Shown in pieces: positions 53,478 to 64,000 of a stretch of 64,000 nt of DNA. The position numbers and the translations under genes were made by a program. The stretch spans positions 121,272,001-121,336,000 of the forward strand of contig NC_043000.1 in assembly GCF_006345805.1 (NCBI RefSeq), read 5' to 3'. Positions within the stretch are counted from its first letter, which is position 1; each line of letters starts with the position of its first letter. Under the pieces are notes generated by a model. It was not told the DNA's origin and ran no database searches. It was given only the letters and a program-made list of their open reading frames with translations. Origin of the DNA: Octopus sinensis. Taxonomy: Eukaryota.

Positions 53478-53990
53478 GTACTTACTTGTACTTGTACTTG
53501 TATTTCTGCCGACATTCACCCTGGTCGTGTTGAGTCGGCTTCCTCTACCACCCTCGAGGCATCTCGAAGAATTTGGAAGAAGTTACGTGAGAATATGTGG
53601 ATTTCACAAGCGGTCACCAACAATCCCGCATGTTGAGAATCCTGTTTGCCGCAGATTGTCCGCAGACGCAGGGACAGAACGACCGAGGAGCCACCGGTTG
53701 CCGAAGTAGACACTCCAAGGATTTTCACCAGAGCTCCGTCTGCCGGGTTTTGGCCCTAATACCACTTGGTGTCAGACCAATCCGCCTTGAGTGGTCCTAC
53801 CAGGAACCGAAGTTCCCGAAGGCATAGCTCTGACACTACCCGTTTCCAGCGTCCCCACCACGGTGAGGATGGGATGGACTTTGGGGACGCAGGATAGTGG
53901 TGAGGACATAAGGATATGAGGTTTCGATGAGGACCATATGCAAATCTACTGGAATGAAAAACTGGTGTGTCTGCTATACCGAAGCTTGTA
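53478..53990 (-). mobile_element. Probable RTE-clade LINE 3' end
   Basis: GC-rich segment ending on the minus strand in an (acaagt)n tail. Translation includes HRGGGRWK and a possible C-terminal FCPCVCGQ motif. Confidence 0.45.
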
Positions 53991-54943
53991 TTGCTAGTTT
54001 TCAAGGTTTTAAACGTTGTAAATATATCCGAGATGAGATACGTTAGTGTACAAAAGTGTCATGGAAAGATTAATCAAAACGGATAATTGGTGTTACGTGC
54101 ATGCATGTGATAAGCAGTGAGTACTTAAAAAAGATACGTAAGTTTTCAAGTTAACCGTGGGAACAGAACAAGCAATAATAAATACAATGAAAAAAAAACC
54201 GTATGCAATATAAACCAAATAAGAAAAAATTGAAAGCTCGATGCTAGACATAACGTTTGAAAAACAGAATAAAAAATACAGAAATAACAGTCAAATGTCC
54301 GATTTTTTTTTCTTCTTGCTATAATGTGTCTACCTAACAATGAAAAAACAGAATCATTTTAGTGTAAAGTGATTGTATATAAATGATTTATTGCACGTTC
54401 AGAGAGAAGGATTTTCTTTCATTTTTTTTTTTGTGCGTGTTCTCGTTCAATTTTCTTTTCCATTTTAGTTGTGACCGCGTGTTGGTGTCCGACAATTTTT
54501 TTGCATGAAAATTGTCGGTCGGCATATCATTAGGTTGTTGACTGTTACACAGCGTTGGATGTCAAAAGGTTCATACTGTGTATTTGTAAAGATGATTTAA
54601 AGTTCTCCAAGATAGGAGTCGCTAAATAAAAGAAAAATAAATATCAAAAAGATGGAGGTACAGAAATGTTGAACGAGGAAAAGGTAAAGAAATTTAATGG
54701 CGGTAAAGATACGGAAGAATTGGCGCTGCATAGATTGTATTCATCGTTTCAGTAACGGTTGACACAGTAAAATATCGGGAACAAATTTTCAATAGAATGA
54801 GACAGCGAAATTTAGATATCAGAACAAATACTTTTATGCGTCTATTAAAGTGATAAAATTATTTAGGCACGTACAAACATAAAATGAATGTATATACGTT
54901 ATTAAATTCTGTTTTATCAGAGCTTAAGTCTTCCTCCTCTGTG

Positions 54944-55028
<85 letters not shown>

Positions 55029-55136
55029 GCATGTATATATATACATATATATATATGCGTGTGTGTGTGTGTATGTATATATATATTTATATATATATAT
55101 ATATCTGTATGTATATATATGTATATGTATATATAG

Positions 55137-55201
<65 letters not shown>

Positions 55202-55210
55202 TATATATAT

Positions 55211-55256
<46 letters not shown>

Positions 55257-56007
55257 ATATATATACGTGTGTGTGTGTGTGTGTGCGTGAGTAATATTAT
55301 ATTATGTTATATTGTACCATACACTACCAATTTTTGCAGCAAATATGATGTGGTACCCCTTTTAATTCTTACACATTGATGTTTAAGGATGCTTAAATTC
55401 CCCACACCTATTATTGAATTATTGATAACCTTTCTCTACCGAGTCTCCACGAATCACTTTTATTTATCTAACTAACTTACTACAAAGAGAGATATACACT
55501 CTCAATACATATCGGTTATAATAGAAAGTGACAAGTTTAAAACTAAATATAGCGCTATTTACTGACCACTAGAACTTGACATTCAGTGGAAAGGAAGTAA
55601 TTTGACAGATAACCTTTGTAGTGAATACGCTGCCCCAGTAATGCTGTCGAGATGAACGTATGCCTTTTATGCGTACACTTCAAGTGACGGCTCAGTGAGA
55701 ACTGTAGTGGAAACGTTCGTACATAGCTTTAGATTTTAAGAGTTTCTATCTGCATATTACTGTTCAAAAAGAATGAAAGAACATTACTACCTTCACAGCA
55801 GGGAATATTAGAGGAATGTCGCAAACGTTCTGTCGCGGAAGTGTTAAGATTAGCGTAGAAGCTATTTTTTTGGAATTTAACCTCGATTATTATTTAGTAC
55901 CTTCTTATAATCCGGAAATCAAGTGATCTAGTACAGGTTAGTAGAGAAGAGTGCCAGAATATTGGTGACGTACCTGCAATGTGAAATGTTTGAATATATG
56001 CAATTGA

Positions 56008-56242
56008 AAGGCGGCGAGCTGGGAGAAACGTTAGCACGCTAGGCGAAATGCGTAGCCGTATTTCGTCTGCCATTACGTTCTGAGTTCAAATTCCGCCGAG
56101 GTCGACTTTGCCTTTCATCCTTTCGGGGGTCAATAAATTAAGTACCAGTCACGCACTGGGGTCGATGTAATCGACTTAATCCGTTAGTCTGTCCTTGTTT
56201 GTCCCCTCTGTGTTTAGCTCCTTGTGGGTAGTAAAGAAATAG
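56008..56242 (+). mobile_element. SINE family A with 10-bp TSD
   Basis: Full unit; atatgcaatt at 55996-56005 and 56243-56252. Confidence 0.92.
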
Positions 56243-56879
56243 ATATGCAATTAAAGTCATGAGGAAGATATAATGCTTCACCGGGGCACCATCGAGTAAT
56301 CATTAAAATGTGTGTGGCAGTTTGTGGTAATATCCTTCGTGTGTAAGTTGTGCAGGCTTAAGTACCTGCAGAAATATAGTAAACAGAAAATATAGACCAC
56401 ATATGTAGATTAGCAATATTTACTACTATTTCCTTCAAACTTTGATTATGTGACCTGGACATCAATGTTGTGAAAGTAACATATTTTCCATTACAATTCA
56501 GACAGATTCACCGTTGAATTGTTGAAGCATAAATATCGTTATAACAAATATTCTGCAGAATACCATAGATTTGTTTCTCAGTTGCCTGACCTTAACCACT
56601 TCAGCATGTTACTTAATAACTGACCATATCTGCATCTCTGATCATGATCAAGGGTATTGGGGGAGAATGTTAGCCAAGTATAGGGAAGGGTTCTTTGGGG
56701 TTTGAATATTCGGCTGTCACGGAAGTTCATGCGTAGGTTTTTAATGATGTATTTTCAAATTAATTTTCGTTAAATTATTTTGACTTTATATGTCGATATA
56801 CAGCCGTACGTTGCTCCATCTAATCGGGTTACTCTTTTTCTTTTTGAATAATTAGGCCATTTTGTGTGGAACGTTGAAT

Positions 56880-57120
56880 ACAACATACACAAAAAGAAAG
56901 TTCGTACAATTTTCTTATACCAGTTCAAGCAAGGCCGAAAAACTGTTGAAATAGCTGGCGATATCAACGATGAGGTCCAGGAACCTCTAATGAACGTACA
57001 ACACAATGGTGGTTCAAGAAATCGGATGTTGACAACGATCAACTAAGAGCCTCAGTCGAAGACAATCCGCGCACAACAGTTCGAGAGCTTGCTTCTGATT
57101 TCAATGTAACGTATACGACA

Positions 57121-57123
<3 letters not shown>
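56880..57123 (+). mobile_element. Mariner transposase N-terminal (HTH) fragment
   Basis: KKKVRTIFLYQFKQGRKTVEIAGDIN, NERTTQWWFKK and VDNDQLRASVEDNPRTTVRELA, with a frameshift and deletion. Confidence 0.85.
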
Positions 57124-57163
<40 letters not shown>

Positions 57164-58357
57164 ATGTGTGTGTGTGTGTGTGTGTATGTGTGTGTGTGTG
57201 TGTACATATAGATAGGTAGTTAAAAAGATACATATACATAAGTATGTATTTATACATGTACACGCATACTCGAATAGGCGGCCGAGTTCGATTTCCAACG
57301 AAATAAAATTTTATTTATAAAAAATTAATCGTTTCAATAATTTCCATAAGAATTGAAAAACCAGACCGACTTTCATTTGTCTTCGACATACTTTTGCCGG
57401 GTACATTGTAAAATTGTATGGAAAAATATGAAGATGGAGTAAAAACTCCTCATTGTTGCAGACCCGGGGAACAATGGTGGTGGTGTGTGTGGTGGGGTTA
57501 TTGGGATATGTGAAGAGTAAGAAAGAAATGTTAAAAGAAGAACAGTTGGTATAATCGGATGATTCAGAAAAGGTGGGATAAATCTATTTAGTTTTGAAGA
57601 GCAGATGTCTTTAGAATGACAAAGAGAAATATTGCGTCAATAAAGTGCGTTTGTGTGCGACTACTTCGTAATTAACAGAATGCGCTTATTTTCGTTGAAG
57701 TCTGAGATGTGTAAGAAACAGCTGTATAGCTACAGATATCTGAGGAGAATTCTTTCAACTTACATTCTTAATAAAATATATTATTGTATGGTTCAATCGA
57801 CATCAATCGAATTAACTGGCTCTCTATCATCTATTGTTTCGTAATTTATCACCAACCAATTGTTAAATATTTGGCCACGGCACTGTTTCGGTTCATTCAA
57901 CATCGAGTAGGTATTGGAGACAAACCAAGAAGTAAATCTCAATATAGTGGTTTGACGAGCGAAAATGGCTCCCAAATTTCACTCGGTTTTTGCTGTACTG
58001 CCTACTGGTAGGGTAAATATACCAGAAAAAATCTTGTCCTCAATACTAGATTAAACAAATTTTGGTATGATTGGGGCTCATCAGAGAAGGCAACAGGTAT
58101 GCAATCGTATAAAAGCAAATTCAAATGTAGCTTACATTGATGTGTTTGTAGAAGGTAATTATCACCAAACTCACAGAAAATTTCCACAAGAAAACCCAAC
58201 AAGAAGCTCCCACAGGTGGTGTTTCTAAGCTATGTAAATTATCAACTTCACCAGTTCCATATGTTCCATATATACCTAATATTTCAAGTAAAATGATATA
58301 GCACCTATTAATAAAAGATAACGTAATTGATAGGAACTGTGCAAAATATAATGGCCA

Positions 58358-59173
58358 AAGACGGCGAGTTGACAGAAACGTTAGCTCGCCGGGTGGAATG
58401 CCTAGCGGTATTTCGTCTGCTGTTACGTTCTGAGTTCAAATACCGAGGTCGACTTTGCCTTTCATCCTTTCGGGGTCGATTAAATAAGTACCAGTTCAGC
58501 ACTTGGGTCGATATAATCGACTTAATCCGTTTGTCTGTCCTTGTTTGTCCTCTCTGTGTTTAGCGCCTTGTGGGTAATAAAGAAATAGGTATTAGTCTGT
58601 CTTTATGTTCTCAGTTAAAATTCCACCGAGGTCGACTTTGCCTTTCATCCTTTCGAGGTGGATAAATTAGTTGCCAGTTGCGTAATGGGGCTGATCACAT
58701 TGACTGGCCTCCTGCCCTAAAATTACAAAAGTGGCGAGCAGGCACAAACTTTAGCACACCAGGCGAAATGCTTAGCGGTATTTCCTCTGCCGTTACATTC
58801 TGAGTTCAAATTCCGCCGAGGTCAATTTGCCATTTATCCTTTCGGGGTCGATAAATTAAGTACCAGTTAAGCACTGGCGTCGATGTAATCGACTTAATTC
58901 CTTTGTCTGTACTTGTTTGTCCTCTCTGTGTTTAGCCCCTTATTGGTAGTAAAGAAATAGGTATTTCGTCTGTCTTTATGTTCTGAGTTCAAATTCCGCC
59001 GAGGTCGACTTTGATTTTCATCCTTTCGTGGTCAATAAATTAATTACCAGTTGCGTACTGGGGCCGATCAAATCGACTGGCCCCCTGCCCCAAAAGTTCG
59101 GGCCTTTTGCCTAGAGTAGAAAAGATTGTAGTAATTACAAATGCAGCGAGCTGATAGAAACGTTAGCACGCCC
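58358..59173 (+). mobile_element. Head-to-tail array of SINE family A (two dimeric units plus a head)
   Basis: Full monomer, headless monomer, full monomer, headless monomer, then a head fragment. The core gaggtc...tcatcctttcg appears four times. Confidence 0.9.
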
Positions 59174-59304
59174 ACTGACCCAAAAATTTCGAGCGTTGAA
59201 CATCGAGTAGAAAATAATATATAATGGTCAGATAGTATTATGTTTAAATATGGCTGGTTAGTCCACATTACTCCGGTTTCTATGGCGTATATCATAATCC
59301 TTGA

Positions 59305-59462
59305 AAGGGACGTTGGCCTGTAGTAGGATTACTCACTTTTACCAGCTGAGTGGACTGGAGTAACATCAAATGAGACGAAAAGAAGGCATCGCTTCGTCCA
59401 GGAATCGAAACCACAATCTTATGATCATGATTCCAACACATTACAAACAAAGCCATGCGCCT
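59305..59462 (-). mobile_element. Decayed tRNA SINE
   Basis: ccaggaatcgaaaccacaatcttatgatc...aagccatgcgcctc parallels the head of 12395-12655. Confidence 0.6.
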
Positions 59463-61369
59463 CAACATATGTTTATATGTATATGTCTACGTGTGCGTGT
59501 ATGTACTCTATTCATGTACATTTTTGTGTGTGCGTGTGCGTGCGTTATTATCTGTATGTGCGTGTGGGTCTATGTTTTTAAGCATGATTCATTACAGATT
59601 CACCCGTAAGAGAACCAGATCGGTCCGGGTAGGGTGAGTAAATTACACACTTTGTTTATATTTGAACCTTTATCCTGTCAGTTACTGACAGTAGCAAGCA
59701 CTTCAAGGCACATTTTATAACATGAAATTCAATAGATAACACCCCAGATGACTGTTGAACCCGCATCTTTTTATTAATAATGATTATGTAAATACATAAT
59801 CAGCTTTGCTTTGTTTACGCCAAAAGAAAAATAACGATATAATTACCGCAAAAAGGCGACACGAATAGATTTAGTTCGACATTATATGTAATCAAGAAAT
59901 AAGCGTGTCTGTCCTTCATGCTGAACACAATCAGAATTATATAATAAACATAAGTTCGTTATCTGTAACAATAATGGCGGACATAACATAATAATTGCTA
60001 ATATCCTGATAGCACATATGTTACATAAATGTAGCTAGTTGTGTCCTCTTAGGATAGACGCAACTCTTTTTTATCAACATGTCTGTTATTTAAAATGAAT
60101 ATTATTCCAAATAAATGGTAGATTGCAAACATTAGGGCAGACATTGAGATGTGAAAAAGGGTTTCGTAAATAATATGAAAGTAGATTAATTTGCTGGAAT
60201 ATTTGATGTTAGCAAATGTTTGTGTGCAGAGTTCAACATTGAGCACAAAACTGAAGATGAATTATTGCTCGAATTACAGAGGTATGCTAATGACAAACCA
60301 CCAGTGCACGCGAACTAATTCCTTGCTGTCTTTATGTACATACTTTGCGGTACTAAGTTCAAATTATTTTCCGTTGACACAGATTAACAAAACTTTAGCT
60401 GAAATACAGTCAAATGTACCAGAGTTAAATTCCTCATAAAAAGGTTTTGGATTTAAACTGACCCTTGTCTATCTATAAATAGAAAAAAATTCTTGATTGT
60501 CTCCACTGAACTTTATAATAACCCCCCTCCCCATCGGTTAATCTAAATAACGAAGTAAACTCAGTGATAAAACATCTGCCCATGAGTTAAGATCTACTAC
60601 CATGTTTTTATTGATGAAATTCACCTCTCTGTCTATATACCTACCGTCTTTGTAATGTTGGCAAATGGAATAAGTATAAAAATGAACATTGTCAATTTAA
60701 AAATTCTATAAGTGGCTGAAGAGTGCTCTACATTTTAAAACTGATGTAATAATTGCATTGTTTAATTAAATGAAGTAGCATGAAACGATTGTACTATACT
60801 ACCTTTGGATATCATTGTTGTATATTTTGATTATATATATTTATATATATACATAGGTACATACATAGATACATATTATATATATATATATACGTGTGTG
60901 TGTGTGTGCGTGTTTGTGTATGTATGTATGTATGTATGTATGTATGTATAAAACTAGAGCGAGTCTATTGCAAGTACTAACTTTTTATACAGCTACAAAA
61001 AAATTAGCTGTGTTTCTGTCTGTGCGTGTTTGTGACCATCTGTCTGTGTCCCTGAACGCATGAAGGTGTGTATGTATGTAGGACAGATGACTCCCTGTAT
61101 ATGGAATGTGTGTGAGTGTATGTCTGAGCGAGTGTCATTCTTTCGGCGTCCGTTCTACAAAATCAATTTCATCATCTTTCACTTACCTCGACTAATGCGT
61201 CTCAATTTCAATGTTTCACTCTCTATTACACCTTATTCATTTAGCGTCTCCATTAACTGACTCCAGCTTCTACTAAAACTCAAGCCATTTTCACCTTAGA
61301 AGTATAACGTACTGTACATTTTGAAGCGTATACATACATAATACGATACAGTGAGAGATATATATATAC

Positions 61370-61510
61370 AGGGAGAAAAAAACAAAAGACGTAGACATGT
61401 GTATTAGTATAACGCTCGGGAATTGGAAACGTCTTTAGCGTTTCGAGCCTACGATCTTCCACAGAAAGGAACACAGAAGGAAAAAATGAGAGAAGCAAGG
61501 AGAGAAAATA
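61370..61510 (-). mobile_element. HHR-like-motif element (motif 61433-61468)
   Basis: aacgctcggg...gtctttagcgtttcgagcctacgatcttccacagaaaggaac. Confidence 0.65.
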
Positions 61511-61537
61511 ATGTGTGTACTCTGGACTCTACTTTTG

Positions 61538-61584
<47 letters not shown>

Positions 61585-62269
61585 ATACAATGTACAAATG
61601 AAGCATCATAGGTCATTTGTATAAAATCTGCGAACAAATATACATGTAAATTGAGAGACAAAAACTGACGATATTCAGACGATCAACATTCATTTATAAA
61701 TGTATAAATATTTATATATTATCAGAACACGCTAACCCAGAGTACAAGTATTTAGAAGACTAAGGGAAGAACCTATGGCATTTCGGGTCTGTCAGCTGTT
61801 TCTGGGGTATTGGAATTACGTATTAAGCTTGGCACAAACGGTTCGCAAAATGTCAAGAATAGGCAACCGTTGAAGAATATGCATATATAAACATTAGAAA
61901 AAATCAATCTAAATGAATGCGCAAAACGGCGCGCACGCTTGTCTGTGTGTGAATATATGTATATATATACTAATCAATAATGGTGAGATAGCTGGCTAGA
62001 TACATAGACCGACAGATAGTTAGATAAAGAGATAAATGGATAAATATATAGATAGCCAAACATATACGTAGATAAATATTAGAGAAAATATTTCAAATGC
62101 GTGGATTGGTAAATTTCTAATTTATAGTGAATCGGGTTAATGTTGTTTGGATTTTCCATCAGATAAACGTAGTTAAATATCACAAATATATTAAACACAT
62201 TAAAACCAGTCAACTTGAAATAGCTTGTGAAAGGCATACTGCATCGCTGATATTTATTTTACAAGTTAG

Positions 62270-62385
62270 ATTTCATGAAACACTAATGTAAATTTCGCTT
62301 ATATGTGACCCCCCCTTAAACGCACACACACACACACACACATATATACATACATACATACTTGCATACACACACACACACACAC

Positions 62386-62430
<45 letters not shown>

Positions 62431-62565
62431 ATATATATATACATATATATATATACTGACATATATTTTTATACAGATATGTATATATACACCTATATAG
62501 ATACACATATGTACGTAAACACATAAATGCATAAATACATTTATGTGGGCATGTATATATATTTA

Positions 62566-62601
<36 letters not shown>

Positions 62602-62622
62602 CGTATATATATATATATACCC

Positions 62623-62666
<44 letters not shown>

Positions 62667-62835
62667 TACATACATATATTTGTCTATATGTATATTATAT
62701 ATGTATGTGTGTGCATATATATGTATATATATGTGTGTGTGTGTGTGTACGTGCATCTATATATGTAAATGGGCATATATGTATACACATATACACACTC
62801 ATATATATGTATATATATATATATATATATAGCTT
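62270..62835. repeat. Degenerate (TA)/(TG)/(CA) low-complexity tract
   Basis: Directly visible. Confidence 0.9.
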
Positions 62836-63855
62836 ATGAGTAGATATACACAGAGAAAATTCGTATGAATATACTTGTATGTTTGAGTGTGTGTGGTGTG
62901 TGCCTATATATACGCATGCGAGTGCGCTTTTGTGTGTGAGCAAACTTTGCGTTTGTACGTTTGTGCGTGTACCTGTGTGTGTGTGTGTGTTTTATGTATT
63001 TGCAGCAAGATGTATGCAGCAACGTGCGTGAAGATGCTGGTTAGTGTATGCCTGATAGTATTTATGCGAGAGCACATTTCAAACATCTTTCAAACGCTAG
63101 ATATTTCCTGTTCAATGCTTTAATCTCAACTAAATGTACATATTAAACACGTTAGGTTCTGCATTTATTGACTTACACTCACATACATATAATATATAGA
63201 TGTGGCCATAAACGTATTGGAATGTTTTCTGGAAGGATGTTTTTATATCATGAAGAATCACTTATATTCGCGGCCTTGCGTGTACTTCAATCAAGGGAGA
63301 TGGTGCATGTAGCTCGAAGGAAGTTGGACTGAATGCGAATCTTAGAGTATAAAGTCATGTAAGATGCCCCATAATACATGTTGCAAGAATAATGTTGAGA
63401 CAGTAATACTGTAAACACACACACACACGCATTAATGTACATATATACATATAATTCAACGCATTTTCGTAGCCGTTTCTACTTATGATATACATGTAAG
63501 GTCACTCTTGGTTTTTCCGAAAAAACGGATTATAGAGATGCGGGTTCGATTCTTATTTGCTTTTTGTGTTTTATTTATTTCAGACTCACACACATCTTTA
63601 CGAGTACGATGAAATAAGTACCAGTTGCAAAACTGGTGACGATGTAATAGATTTATCCCCTCCCCACAAATTGCTGGGCCTGTGTCAAAATTCGAAATGG
63701 ATATATATATATATATATATATATGCATATACATGTATATATATATATATGTATTAGAAAAATTGAGGTAATCAGATCGGATAGTTCATATTTATAGATA
63801 TTTATTTATATATTACATTTTTTACATATATATCATATCATTCAGATCATATCAT

Positions 63856-63900
63856 TCGGATTAGCGCTTTCTCCCAATCGAGTGGGCTTTTCAAATCAAA
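63856..63900 (-). ncRNA. Minimal hammerhead, C3U/G8A variant, partly decayed
   Basis: Minus: TTTGAT-TTGAAAA-G CCCA(CTCGAT)TGGG A-GAAA-GCGC-T-A-ATCCGA. Palindrome AGCGCT, CUA site. Stem I has 3 firm bp and 10.1/11.1 is a G-A mismatch. Confidence 0.62.
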
Positions 63901-63935
63901 TCAAATATATATATATGTATATATTATGTATATAT

Positions 63936-63981
<46 letters not shown>

Positions 63982-64000
63982 TATATATATACATATATAT

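Noticed and set aside
53500-53900. Plus-strand resemblance to a gypsy integrase (HPG..., LVSDQ)
   Set aside because: Motif spacing is poor and no catalytic context is present. The minus-strand (acaagt)n tail favours an RTE 3' end.
54489-54518. 11-bp perfect hairpin ccgacaatttt/aaaattgtcgg
   Set aside because: Short and isolated; probably a remnant of a DNA-transposon palindrome, with no further support.
58358-59173. CRISPR-like regular repeats
   Set aside because: The repeats are long SINE monomers without unique spacers, the context is eukaryotic, and no cas genes are present.
61780-61805. Minus-strand CTGACAGACCCGAAA
   Set aside because: The core is wrong at positions 8-9 and stem II is missing.

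Overview
Very AT-rich, microsatellite-dense eukaryotic DNA. The SINE families and repeat landscape suggest a coleoid cephalopod, most likely Octopus (inference, not verified by search). No intact host protein-coding gene is recognisable, and most ORF-track entries are translated microsatellites. The window is a mosaic of decayed mobile elements: CR1-, RTE- and R4/Dong-clade LINE fragments, Penelope-like element (PLE) fragments, Tc1/mariner and Tigger-like relics, and many tRNA-derived SINEs. The ~8 kb Dong cluster sits in (TAA)n arrays. The most notable signal is a set of minimal type I hammerhead ribozyme (HHR) motifs from several unrelated sequence families. Two have the canonical CUGANGA core (10668-10715, 24635-24685) and three have the compensatory UUGANAA core with palindromic stem III (25005-25043, 50550-50592, 63856-63900). 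A further six HHR-like motifs have altered cores. Nearly all sit in short elements next to or inside (TA)n or (CA)n microsatellites. One lies in a highly structured 364-nt unit with a 32-nt terminal redundancy, resembling a non-autonomous retrozyme or PLE derivative. All folds were worked out by hand and activity is untested. Boundaries of decayed elements are approximate.
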